This document shows positions 49,002-61,350 of a DNA stretch of 64,000 bases, piece after piece. A model generated the notes under the pieces. That model was not told the DNA's origin. It saw only the letters and a list, made by a program, of their open reading frames with translations, and ran no database searches. A program made the translations under genes and the position numbers. The first letter of the stretch is position 1. Every line of letters starts with the position of its first letter. The DNA is from Heptranchias perlo (lineage: Eukaryota): positions 2,914,001 to 2,978,000 of the forward strand of contig NC_090340.1 of NCBI RefSeq assembly GCF_035084215.1. The letters run 5' to 3'.

Positions 49002-52000
49002 GATTACACGCCCATTCTGCAAGTTTATTCATGTCTTCCTGCATTTTGTTGCAGTCGTGCTCAGTATTAATTATACACCTCAAATTTTGTCCTCTGCAAA
49101 TTTTGAAATTGTACTTCCGATTCCTGAGTCAAAATCATTTGTGTAATTATTGAAAAACAGTGGTCCCAACACCGATCCTTGTGGAACACCACTTCCTAAC
49201 TTTTTGCCAGTCTGAGTAACTACCTTTAACCCCTACTCTCTGTTCAATATTTTGTAGCCAGCTTGCTATCCATTCTGCTGTTTGTCCCCTGACTCCACAT
49301 GTTATGACCTTAGTCAAGATTCTACTATGTGGTACTTTATCGCAGGTGTTTTGAAGATCCAATTGTATTGTATCTACTGCAATACCCTTGACTACCCTTT
49401 CTGTTACTTCTTCAAAGAATTCAATAAGGTTGGTCAAGCATGAGCATCCGCTTCGAAATCCGTGTTGTCTTTTCTTTATTACATTTTAGTTTTCGAGATA
49501 TTTTTCTATTACACCTTTGCGTAAGGATTCTATTATCCTTCTTACCACCAACCGTCAGCTTATTGGTCGAAAGTTCTCTGGACTTGTTCTATCTCCTTTT
49601 TAAATGTAGGAATCACATTAGCTGTCGTCTGGCAAAATTCACTTTTCTAATTAATTTCTATTCATATTTAATAGTGCCTCTGCTATCACTTCCCGACCTT
49701 CTTTTAATATGAGCGGGTGCAATCCATCTTGTCCAAGGGTTCTATCCTCTCTAAGTTTGATTAATTTACCTATTATATCTTGCCTTTCTATCTTAAATAT
49801 CTATATCTTTTTTGATCTCTTCTTCTAATGTCATGCCCACCATTTTCGTCTCCTTGTAAGTACTGAGGCAAAGTAATTATTTAATATTTCTGCCATTTCG
49901 ATGTTATTACTTGTGAGTTTTTCTCTTAGTAGCTCTATCCCTATCCTGATTTTTCTTTTGTTATTGATGTGTTTGTAGATTACATTGCTATTTCTTTTTA
50001 TACTCCTTGATAATTTATTTTCGTAAATTCTCTTTGCTTTGCTAATTGTTTTTATTTAAATTTTTTCCTAACACTTTCTTATTCTCTTTTGCCATCCTTT
50101 CTTTTTTTTAATCTATGTACTTCGTCAATGCCATTTTCTTTCGTTTAAATATTGCCCTTATTTATTTATTCATCCATGATGTGTCATTACTGGCTAGTGT
50201 CCTCTTACTTTTTAACGGGATATATTCCCACTGGACTCTTGATCACAGTTTTAAATGTTAATCAATGCTGTTCTAATCCTTTGTCAGTAATTTATTTCCA
50301 TTTTATGTTCCCTAATTCCATTTTCATATCCTAAAGATCAGCTTTTATCCAATTTATTACGTTGGTTGTCTTACTTATATCCTTTTCAAACTTTATCTTA
50401 AATCTTATTATGTTGTGATCGCTGTTGCTTAGATGTTCCCCTATGCTTACTTCATTTATCTGTTATGGTTCATTTCCCATTACTAGATCCAACAGTTCTT
50501 CCTCTCCTGGTCTGTCTTATACCCCTATTATCGTGATCGATCCGTTCTTACTTTTTATTTAAACCCATATGGATTTTGTTTTGATCCTTCCGTTAATTAA
50601 TTTGTCTTTAATAGTTACTCCTTTATCTTTAATTTTAACAGTCTGTTTATACTTCTGTTTGTAATTGTATTTGTTCCTTGACCGTTTACATCATCTTTAT
50701 TCCTTGTCCTGGTCTTACCTTTACACTGATCCCTGTATATTTTAGCTTTGGGCTTTTGTTATGGTTACCGGATCCCTCCCCCATCTTGCTATTTTAAAGT
50801 CTCATCCAGTACCCTATTTATCCCTTCCGCTAGCAGTCTGGTGCCATTCCAGTTCAGGTGGTACCCGTTCCAGCAGTACTGCTCCTTTCTCTCCCAGTGC
50901 TAGTGCCAGTGTCCCATTAAATGGAAGCCCTCCTTCGCACACCATCGTTTCAGCCACGCATTCAAGTTTCTGATCTGCCTATCCCTATGCCAATAAGCGC
51001 TTAGCACGGTTAGTAATCCTGAGATTACGACCCATGAGGTCCTGCTTTTATTTCCTAGCGTCTGATAGTCTCTTATCGGAACTTCTTCCTTGTTTTTCCG
51101 TCTGTCATTGGTACCGACATAGACCATGACAACTGGATTCACCACTTCCCTTTGCAAAGGAAGGAAACAAGCTGAAATTTTTCCCTATTTCCACTATCCC
51201 CATGTCAAGCAGGCTATAAACCTAGTGTATTTTTTCAAACCCTCAAATCTTTATAGTAAAAAGTACAACAGAAGTATGACTTGTTAGATTTTTTAAATTA
51301 TTAAATTGTTCCTTTTATAAAACAGTGACAGTAATTTCGAAATTCCCATCTTGCTATTTGGGTACACCACAATACATTGATATTTGCTGCCTTTAGTCTT
51401 TTAGGTGCCGTCTCTCCTCATACAATCCCAATTTTCAATATCTCAGGCCGTTAATTCTGTCAATGGATGTATGGGGGGAGGAGCAGTAACATTGCGGATT
51501 GATGTTTTCTAGTTGTAATGGACTAATTTAATATTATAGTAAAATAATGATGTCATAAACTATGTGCTAACTAAACTATCGTTTTTATCTTTCTCAATTC
51601 TCCAACATCCACATCTCTATTACTCCCTTCATTAATGTATTTTTCTATTTTTCCTTCAATTTTTTCTCTATTCTCTTTATTCCTTTTGTGTTTTTCAGTC
51701 AGTTCCTCCTTCACTCTTGCTTCTTTCTCTCTTTGTTCAGTTTGTTTCTTTTTCTCTTATCCACATCTTCTTGCCTCTGTACCCACAGTTATCACACCTA
51801 ACATACAACAACGATTGAAGATGTTCTCATTCAGCAAGCAACAACAGTGAAGAAGAAGGATATTCCTAATTTGGTGGTCATTCATACGCTTTTGTTTCTC
51901 TTTTCATATTGTTGATGGAGTTGCGATGCATTTCCATTGTTTTGGCCACCCTTAGGAACTGGGAAACGGAATACCGGGAAAATGGGACACTATGAACAAA

Positions 52001-52019
52001 TGTCGACTTCAGTACAATA

Positions 52020-52335
52020 CCAAAGGAGCGCTGCACTGTTGGAGCATCTATTTTGCTGATGACATCCTAAACCGAAGTATCGTCTGCATTTTCAGATGGA
52101 TGAGGCTGATCTGCACTGCAAGAAGAGTATGGGTTTCTCCCCCTGTCCTGGTTAACACTTATCCCTGAACTAACACCAAAAAAAAAACTGTATCTTTAAC
52201 TCATTTGCTATTTGTGGGACCGTGTTGCACGCTGATAGCTTCGTTTGCCTACAACGCTAGTGATTGCACTTCAAAAGTAATTAATTTTTGGCGAAACGCT
52301 TTGGGATGCCTCAAGGCTCCGAGAAGCGCTGTACA
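52020..52335 (+). mobile_element. Deu-domain SINE remnant (SacSINE1/AmnSINE1-like) with L2-type 3' end; a second, more degraded copy at about 52500-52700
   Basis: GAGCGCTGCACTGTTGGAG...TAAACCGA...GAAGAG...TGTCCTGG..AACACTTATCCCT...TTTGTGGGA resembles the Deu core as I recall it, followed by GCGCTTTGGGA-like L2 tail sequence. Confidence 0.55.
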
Positions 52336-53089
52336 AACACATTTTTGCCTTAAGTCAAATTTAATAATAGAAGATAAAATAGCACATTCAGAGGGAAGCC
52401 AAAAGCACACCCGTAGGTCAAGGCACAACATGCCATCACTTCTTCTGCACCATACAGAGCCTGCCACCAAAAATCCAAGACGACACGCTGCTAGCACTCC
52501 AAAGCTACCATTTCCTGAAAGATGTAAAAGATCCTGCAACAGTATTCGTAGAGCAGGTGATTTTCCCACTGTTCCGTTCAACATTTATCTTCAGCCAACG
52601 CAAAAAAAAAACAGATTACCTCACTGTTTACCTCACTTACTCTTTGTAGGAACTTGATGTACACAATATGGCTGCAATTCCTTCATGACAACAGTGAATA
52701 CGATATAGCCAAGAATCCTGAGCGAAATGAGGAAAGAAATAGCCTATGTCGAACAAAGCGTACCCATTCTCAAAAAGAACAGCCAGAGCTAATCGGGGTA
52801 ATTATAGTTTAACATATGTGATAGGGAATATTGGAGAATGTTTAATTAAAGTCGAAGGTGGTAAAATTCAACTTCGGTATGGCCGCAATGCGGACGGTAG
52901 CTGATGGATTACTATTGCTCGCCTACTCCGCCAATGGGACAGTCACAGTCCAGGTGCGATATTTCTAGCCTTTTTTGTCTTGCATATAGTGCCAAGCTGT
53001 ATGCAAGCCTAAGTTGAAAGTTTTTACGTCCTGGGTGTCAAAGTGATTTTTGGTTGCCATCTGGGTCTATGCCAATGTAGAGGAAGCTT

Positions 53090-53660
53090 TATTTGACATG
53101 CAAGAGAGAGGGCTTCAGATTCATCGGACACTGGAGCCAATTCTGTGGCCGGATGGACCTGTACAAAATTGATGGGTTGCACATCAACAGGGCTGGTACC
53201 AATATCCTCGCATGGAGGTTAACTAGTGCTGCGAGGGAGGGTTATACTAATTTGGTTGGGGGTGGGGAACCAGGATGAAGCATCCGAGAGTAGTAGCAAG
53301 GTGAATAGAGAACTAGGAGCGAACAAACAGCATTAGAATAAAGCGTAGTCCTGGAAAGAAGTGCTCATGCAGGGGAGAAATGGAAAGCAGACTAAGGCGG
53401 ATTTGGAGTGCATATGTGTAAATCCACGAAGCGTGACTAATACTGTTGGAGAGCGGCTAACAAAAGTTTCCACGTGGGGTCATGATATTGTGCAAAAAAG
53501 AAATCTGGCTCAAACAAGGGCATGAACGGAAACTTAAAATTCCTGGCTGCAGCGTATTTAAGAGAAATAAGGAACAAAAAAAGGCGAGATGGCAGTATTG
53601 AACAAAGACAGTGTTTCAGCCCTAGAAAAGGATACTATGCTGGAGGGTTAAAAGGCAGAA
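53090..53660 (+). mobile_element. CR1 fragment (end of ORF1 and start of ORF2), degraded
   Basis: REGFRFIGHW.QF.GR.DLYKIDGLH.NRAGTNIL. Confidence 0.75.
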
Positions 53661-55089
53661 TCGTGTATGGCGTACGCATGGCAACAAATTGTCTGCCCAA
53701 TATACACTCCGTTGGATTTTCCTTTCCATTAATTTATCCGAGATTACTAAATGAGGGTAACATTCAACATTAGCGGGTATGAAACATGGGTGGTAATGGA
53801 TTTTGCTTGCACCCACCCGCACCACACCCACCATTTATCGTCAACGACAGCAAATCTACCAGACCTTCCACCTTCCAATGAACTACTTCCAACTCATTGA
53901 CCATCACTGATATACATTGACATATATGCCACCTACGTTGTGGAGTCAATAACTTCTGCTACTTCGGAAACACCCTGCAGACGACATCATAGTATCAATG
54001 GTCGTTCCACGTGAGAATGATAACCTCCCAGGTGTCTTCCCGTAGTGCCGTTCTTACTTCTTGTTTCTTTCGTTATCCTATTATTTTTGCAAAGTGCGCC
54101 ATCATTGGTATCAACATGGGATTTGGAAGTCTGCAGAGGCTCAGATGTGAGTTTCTAAGATACTTGTGTTCAGTGACCTCGAAGAGCTTGGACCTTGCCT
54201 GTATGCAAACGACAGCAGCTCACGTAATGATTGAAGGGGTGGCGTGACAGTCGGCATGTTATCCTTGTGATAAAGGGCAAAATGTACCACTCGCATTGCA
54301 CCACTTCCACTACCACGGGGCTGCAGTTCATCACTGAGAGCAGATTGGAGGAGGTCTTTGGTGCACTTGCAACCTCTATCTTTATTTTCCCTCAGACTTT
54401 CGACGGATGAAAAGATGGTGGAAATTTGTGCCTGAATGACGCAAGTTTAATCACCCACAGAAGATACTATTGCCTGTGTTACGCACTCCTGGAAAGATAT
54501 CCCTGTTGAAGCGTCCATAGAGATTACTATACACTCCACGATTGACTGTGGAGTATTAATGATTGAACCAGAACCAGATAATCTGGAAGCAGCGTCCCCC
54601 ATTGCGAACATGGCATAGTGAGCTCATTATCTGCCTGTCCAATGCCTCCAACAATTACTGGTTCAAATGAAACTGAATGCTGGGCTTCGAAAGCCTGTTT
54701 CTCTGTCCTCTCCAGCGGAGCTAGGACCTTAATTTGCCCTCGGGTCAGGCCTCCCCTGGCCCGTTATCACCAGCTCATGCTCTCCAGTGCTGAGCGGATC
54801 ATCCTGAGCACACACCTTTGACTTACTATCTATACCACCCAAGATGTTGATTTGTGTCGTGGTATTTGTAATAGTTGGAGCGAGTGATGGTGCATGTTTA
54901 AAGGGCATGCTTTCAATGCCCCAGGCATCGAATGGAACTGAAAAGAAGAGGAAGTAGGGCAAGGGTCAACATGTAATGGCAAGGGAATGCAGTAGGAGTT
55001 GAGTACCAGCGCAACGCAGCTCCAGGTAGCAATTATAAACTCCGTGTGCGCTTAAGGAAAGAGAAAAATGTAAGGGACATAGTCAGATA

Positions 55090-55510
55090 TCTTGCTACAT
55101 TTGGCCTCCAGTTCTGTGAACCGCTCCTCAGGAAGGATCTATTTGACTTGGAGAGGGTGCAGCTCAGGTCGACCAGAATGAACAGGGGCTTAATATTTTA
55201 ATTTATGAGGACAGGTTGCAAGAAGTTAGATTTGTCATTCTTGGTTCCACAGTAGATGACCTCACACTTTCCCACATTGAACTCCATCTGCCACAGTTTA
55301 GCCGACTCATATCATTTGCATACGTGCCTTCTCTCATTTACACAACTTACTGTTCCACCTAACATAGTGTAATCTGCAAACTTTGATAAACAGTTCTCTG
55401 TTCCTTGAACCAGATCACTGATGTATATGGTGACAAGCTGAGGCCCCAGTGCAGGTCGTTGGGGAAGACCACTTGTCGCATCTCGCCAATCAGAGTACAT
55501 TCCCTTAATT
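55090..55510. mobile_element. Two old CR1 RT fragments (about 55090-55220 plus, about 55250-55510 minus)
   Basis: Minus-strand remnant SGLPQRPALGPQLVTIYISDL...KFADYT. Confidence 0.65.
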
Positions 55511-55544
55511 TATATTCAGATTTTATTCAATTAATTGAATTTAT

Positions 55545-57383
55545 ATTTAATTCATTAAATAAAATTTGGAATAAAAAACGAGTATCAATAATGGTGGCCA
55601 TGGAATTACCGGATTGTCGTAAAACCCATCTGGTTCACTAATGTCCTTTGGGGAAGGAAACATGCCGTCCTTACGTGGTCTGGTCCAAATGTGACTCCAG
55701 ACCCACAGCAATGTGGTTGATTCATAAATGGCCTAGCAAGCCACTCAGATGTACAATCTCGCTACAAAAAAGTTATAATAAGAATAAAAACACATGGACC
55801 ACCCAGCAGTGGGCCACTAGGCACCGAACACGGCAAAGGCAAACCAAGCCCAGTCGACCCTGCAAAGTCCTCCTTACTAACATCTGGGGACTTGTGCCAA
55901 AATTGGGACAGCTGCCCCACAAACTAGTCAAGCAACATCCTGACATAGCCATACTCACAGAATCATAATTTTCAGCCAACGTCCCAGACTCTTCCATCAC
56001 CATCCCTGGGCATGTCCTGTCCCACCGGCAGGACAGACCCACCAGAGGAGGCGGTACAGTGATATACAGTCAGGAGGGAGTGGCTCTGGGACTCCTCAAG
56101 GTTGACTCCAGAACCCATGAAATCTCATGGCATCAGGTCAAACATGGGCAAGGAAACCTCCTGCTGATTAACACCTAACGCCCTTCCTCAGCTGATGAAT
56201 CAGTCCTCCTCAATGTTGAGCGCCAAGTGGCGGAAGCACTGAGGCTCGAAAGGGCACAGAATATACTCTGGGTGGGGAACTTTAATGACCATCACCAAAG
56301 AGTGGCTCGGTAGCACAACTACTGACCGAGGGGTCGATTCCTTAAGGACATAGCTGCCATACTGAGTATGCGGCAGGTGGTGAGCGAATCAACACGAGGG
56401 AAAAACCTGCTTGACCTCGTCCTCACCAATCTACCTGTCGCAGATGCATCTGTCAATGACAGAATTGGTAGGCATAATCACTGCACAGTCCTTGTGGAAA
56501 CGAAGTCCGATCTTCACACTGAGGACACCATCCAACATGTTGTGTGGCACTATCACCGTGCTAAATGGGGTAGATTCAGAACAGATTTAGCAGCTGAAAA
56601 CTGGGCATCCATGAGGCGCTGTGGGCCATCAGCAGCAGCAGAATTGTATTCCAGAATAATCTGTAACCTCACAGCCAGGCATATTCCTCACTCAACCATT
56701 AACAACAAGGCAGGTTATCAAATCTGGTTTAATGCAGAGCGTAGAAGACCAGTCAGGAGCAGCACCAGGCGTACCTAAAAATGAGGTGCCAACCTGGTGA
56801 AGCTGCAACACATGACAACACGCATACTAAACAGGGGAAGCAACATGCCATCGACAGAGCTAAGCGATTCCACAAACAAAGGATCAGATCAAAGCTCTGC
56901 AGTCGTGCCACATCAAGTCGTGAATGGTGGTGGACAATTCAACAACTAACGGGAGGAGGAGGCTCTGTATGCATCCCGATCCTCAATGATGGCAGAGTCC
57001 AGAACGTGAGAGCAAAGGAAAAGGCTGAAGCGTTTGCAACTATCTTCAGCCAGAAGTGCCGAATGGATGATCAATCTCGGCCTCCTCCTGATATCCCCAT
57101 CATCACCAAAGCCTGCCTTCAGCCAATTCGATTCACTCCACGTGATATCAAGAAACGGCTGAGTGCACTTGATACAACAAAGGCTATGGGCCCCGACAAC
57201 ATCCCGGCTGCAGTGCTGAAGACTTGTGCTCTAGAATTTACCACGTCTTTAGCCAAACTGTTGCAGTTCAGCTACATCACTGGCATCCACTCGGCAATGT
57301 TGAAACTAGCCCAGTTATGTCCTGTCCACAAAAAGCAGGACGAATCCAATCTGGTCAATTCCTGCACCATCAGTCTACTCTCA
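55545..57383 (+). mobile_element. Copy of the EN-RT LINE family of 34717-37925 (5'UTR, EN, start of RT; 3'-truncated)
   Basis: CKVLLTNIWGLVPKLG, DIAILTES and KAMGPDNIP motifs. Colinear with about 34820-36600. Confidence 0.88.
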
Positions 57384-58682
57384 CACATCTGCTGCACCTG
57401 CATGTTTGCTTTCAGTGACTGGTGTACAAGGACACCCAGGTCCCTTTGTACATCAACATTTCCCAATCTATCATCTTCTAAATAATACTCTTCCTTTCTG
57501 TTTTGCCTTCCAAAGTGGATAACTTCACATTTGTCCACATTATATTGCATCTGCCATTTATTTGCCAACTCCCTCAACTTATCGAAATCACATTGAAGCC
57601 TCTTTGCAGCCTGTTCATAACTCACGATCCCACATAGTTCTGTGTCTTCAGCAAACTTGGAAATATTACATTTGGTTCCCTTATCCAAATCATTGGTATA
57701 TATTGTGAATAGCTGGGGCCCAAGCACTGATCCCTGTGGTACCCCACTAGTCACTGCCTGCCACCCCGAAAAATACCCATTTTTTCCTGCTCTCTGTTTC
57801 CTGTCTGTTAACTAATTTTCAATCCATGCCAGTATATTAACACCAATCCCATGTGCTTTAATTTTGCACACTACCTTCTTATTTGGGACTTTATCAAAGG
57901 CCTTCTGAAAATCCAAATAAACCACATTCACTGGTTCTCCATTATCTATTTTACCAGTTACATCCTGAAAAAACTCCAGTAGGTTTTTCAAACATGATTT
58001 CCTTTTCATAAATCCATGTTGACTTTGTCTGATCCAGTTGATTATTTCTAAGTGTTCTGTTACCACATCCTTTATAATGGAATCAAGCATTTTCCCAATT
58101 CGTGATGTTCGGCTTACCAGTCTGCAGTTCCCTGCTTTCTCTCTCCCTCATTTTTTAAAAGGTGCTGTTAAATTTGTCACCTTCCAATCTGCAGGAACTG
58201 TTCCATAATCTATAGAATTTTGGAAGATGACAACGAATGCATCCACTATTTCCATGGATACCTCTTCTATTACTTCGGGTTGCAGATTATCAAGCCCTTG
58301 GGATTTTTCGGCTTTCAGTCCCATTAATTTCTCCAGCATTATTTCTTTACGAATACTAATTTCCTTTAATTCCTCCTTCTCACTAGTCCCTTGGTTCCCG
58401 AGCATTTCTGGGAAATGAAGACAGAACAAAAGTATTTGTTTAATTGCTCTGCCATTTTCTTGTTCCCCATCATGAATTCTCCCGTTTCTGACTGTAATCG
58501 ACCAAAATTTGTCTCACCAATCTTTTTCATTTTGCTTACTTGTAGAGGCTTTTACAGTCCACTTTTATGTTCCTTGCAAATTTACTCACATATTCTATTT
58601 TTAGCCTTTTAATCAAACTCTTGGTCCTTTTTTGCTGAATTCTAAACTCCTCCCAATCCTCAGGCTTGCTACTTTTTCTGGC

Positions 58683-61350
58683 CATTATGTGGAGATGCCG
58701 GTGATGGACTGGGGTTGACAAATGCAAGGAATCTTACAACACCAGGTTATAGTCCAACTGTTTTATTTGAAAATCAGAAGCTTTCGGGGGCTTTCTCCTT
58801 CGTCAGGTGAGTGTGGGATTCGGATTCCATGGAAGGTTACCGCATATATAGTCAGAGAACAATACCTGGTGATTACAGATAATCTTTCCAACTGCACGTT
58901 GTCAAGGCAATCAAAATGTTCAGACAGAGAGATGTTACCTACAGGACCACCAAATACACAAACGGCCAGAACAAAAGACAGAGAGAGAGAGAGAGAGAAA
59001 CATCCGAAAGGAAGAGAAAGACAGAGAATGACCCGTTGTATTAAAAACAGATATCTTTTTTTCGCTGGTGGGGCGTGACATGAACCCAAGATGACGGTTG
59101 AGGCCATCCTCATGGGTGCGGAACTTGGCTATCAATTTCTGCTCGACGATTTTGCGTTGTCGTGTGTCTCGAAGGCCGTCTTGGAGAACGCTTACCCGAA
59201 GATCGGTGGCTGAATGTCCTTGACTGCTGAAGTGTTCCCCGACTGGGAGGGAACTCTCCTGTCTGGCGATTGTTGTGCGGTGTCCGTTCATCCGTTGTCG
59301 CAGTGTCTGCATGGTCTCGCCAATGTACCATGCTCCGGGGCATCCTTTCCTGCAACGCATTAGGTAGACAACGTTGGCCGAGTCACAGAAGTATGTTTGA
59401 GGTTGGGTGGCTGTTTGAAGGCGAGTAGTGGAGGTGTGAGGATGGCCTTAGCGAGGTGTTCGTCGTCATCGATGACATGTTGAAGGCTGCAGAAAACATG
59501 GCGTAGTTTCTCCGCTCCCGGGAAGTACTGGACGACGAAGGGTGCTCTGTTGGTTGCGTCCCGTGTTAGTCTTCTGAGGAGGTCTATGTGATTTTTCGCT
59601 GTGGCCCGTCGGAACTGTCGATCGACGAGTCGAGCGTGATATCCCGTTCTTACGAGGGCGTCTTTTAGCGTCTGAAGGTGTCCATTGCGTTTCTCCTCGC
59701 CTGAGCAGATCCTGTGTATTCGCAGGGCCTGTCCATAGGGGATGGCCTCTTTGACATGGTTAGGGTGGGAGCTGGAAAAGTGGAGCATCGTGAGGTTGTC
59801 CGTGGGCTTGCGGTAGAGTGAGGTGCTGAGGTGCCCGTCTTTAATGGAGATTCGTGTGTCCAAGAAAGAAACCGATTCTGAGGAGTAGTCCATGGTGAGC
59901 TTGATGGTGGGATGGAATTTGTTGATGTTATCGTGTAGTCTCTTCAGTGATTCTTCGCCATGGGTTCATTGGAAGAAAATGTCGACGATGTATCTGGTGT
60001 ATAGCGTTGGTTGGAGGTCCTGTGCAGTGAAGAAGTCCTGCTCGAAATTGTGCATGAAAATGTTGGCATATTGGGGTGAGAATTTGGTCCCCATGGCTGT
60101 TCCGTGTGTTTGGGTAAAGAACTGGTTGTCGAAGGTGAAGACATTGTGATCCAGGATGAAGCAGATGAGTTGTAGGATGGCGTCTGGGGATTGGCTGTTG
60201 TTTGTGTTGAGTACTGATGCTGTTGCAGCGATGCCGTCATCGTGGGGGATACTGGTGTAGAGTGCCGAGACGTCCATCGTGGTGAGAAGTGTTCCTGGTT
60301 CAACTGGTCCTTGGATGCTGAGTTTTTGTAGGAAGTCTGTAGTGTCGCCACAGAAGCTGGGGGTTCGCTGTACGATTGGTTTCACGATGCCCTCGACGTA
60401 CCCAGAGAGTTTCTCACACAGGGTTCCGTTGCCTGATACGATAGGACGTCCGGGTGTGTTGGCTTTGTGTATCTTAGGGAGGCAGTAGTAGTCTCCCACG
60501 CGGGGAGTACGTGGGATGAGAGCACGTTGGATGCTTTGAAGGTCTGGATCGAAGGTCTTGATCAGTTTGTTGAGCTAATGGGTGTGTTCCTTGGTCAGAT
60601 ATGCGGGTAATCGTCTGTAATGTTCCTGGTTGTCCAGTTGTCGTAATGCATCTTTACAATAGTCCGTTCCGTTCTGTATGACGATGGCTCCTCCTTTGTC
60701 CGCTGGTTTGATGACGATGTTGCGGTTAGTCTTGAGAGCGTTGATGGCGTTGTGTTGTGCTCGGGTGACATTCTGGACTGTCTTGTGAGTGCGGCTGAGG
60801 AATCTGGCATTGACACATTTCCTGACAGCTTGAGCATAAATGTCAAGCTTAGGGCAGCGTCCCTCCGGAGGAGCCCAGTTTGACTTTTTCTTCTTCGGTT
60901 GCTGTACTGCAGATCCCTCTGTCTGCTGTTCCGGATCGTTGATTGTCTCATTGGGTTCGCTGCTGAAATCTTGGGATTTGTGGAAGAATTCCCGGAGCCT
61001 CATTCTCCTGATGAATTCCTCTGTGTCCGCCGCGAGACCAATGGGGTCCATTTTGGTGGTGGGGCAGAAATTGAGCCCTCGGCTGAGAACTTCGATTTCG
61101 TCTGGTTGAAGGGTGTGTTTGGATAAATTGACGATAGACTTCCCTGTGGTTGCAACCGTGGTACCGGGGGAGGCTTGGTTGATGCTGGTGGTGATGCCGA
61201 GTTTCTCAAGCTTCCTGCTCTTGGTTTTCATGTCGGCAGCGTAGTTCCATTGCCTCGTCTGTTTGGCGGTGTCTCGTAGCTAGTCTGCTGTGTCCTAAGT
61301 ACAGGTTGAGAGTATGGACTCGATCTCGGTTTCGAGGTTGCGGCATCTGA
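58683..61350 (-). mobile_element. Penelope-like retroelement (RT plus GIY-YIG), degraded, left arm
   Basis: Motifs NLS..LSRGLNFCP, IKPADKGGAIV, LPKIHK..PGRPIVS, MDVSALYTSIP, GTAMGT, RYIVDIF, FLD, LYRKPT and WYIGET. Confidence 0.95.
58774..58810 (-). ncRNA. Minimal hammerhead ribozyme-like motif, mirror copy
   Basis: The minus strand reads TCACCTGACGAAGGAGAAAGCCCCCGAAAGCTTCTGA, with one stem II mismatch. Confidence 0.55.

Larger units (their letters stand above)
46137..51157 (-). mobile_element. Degraded CR1 LINE interrupted by two insertions (46873-47089 and about 47184-49001)
   Basis: Tail CATAGAATTACATAGAA at 46137, RT remnant at 49147-49437 (TNLIEFFEEVT), ORF1 esterase remnant at 50900-51157 (VGTND, VVISGLL, GHWH). 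Confidence 0.85.

Noticed and set aside
53840-55000. Possible decayed coding or transposon sequence
   Set aside because: No motif I could assign to any family.
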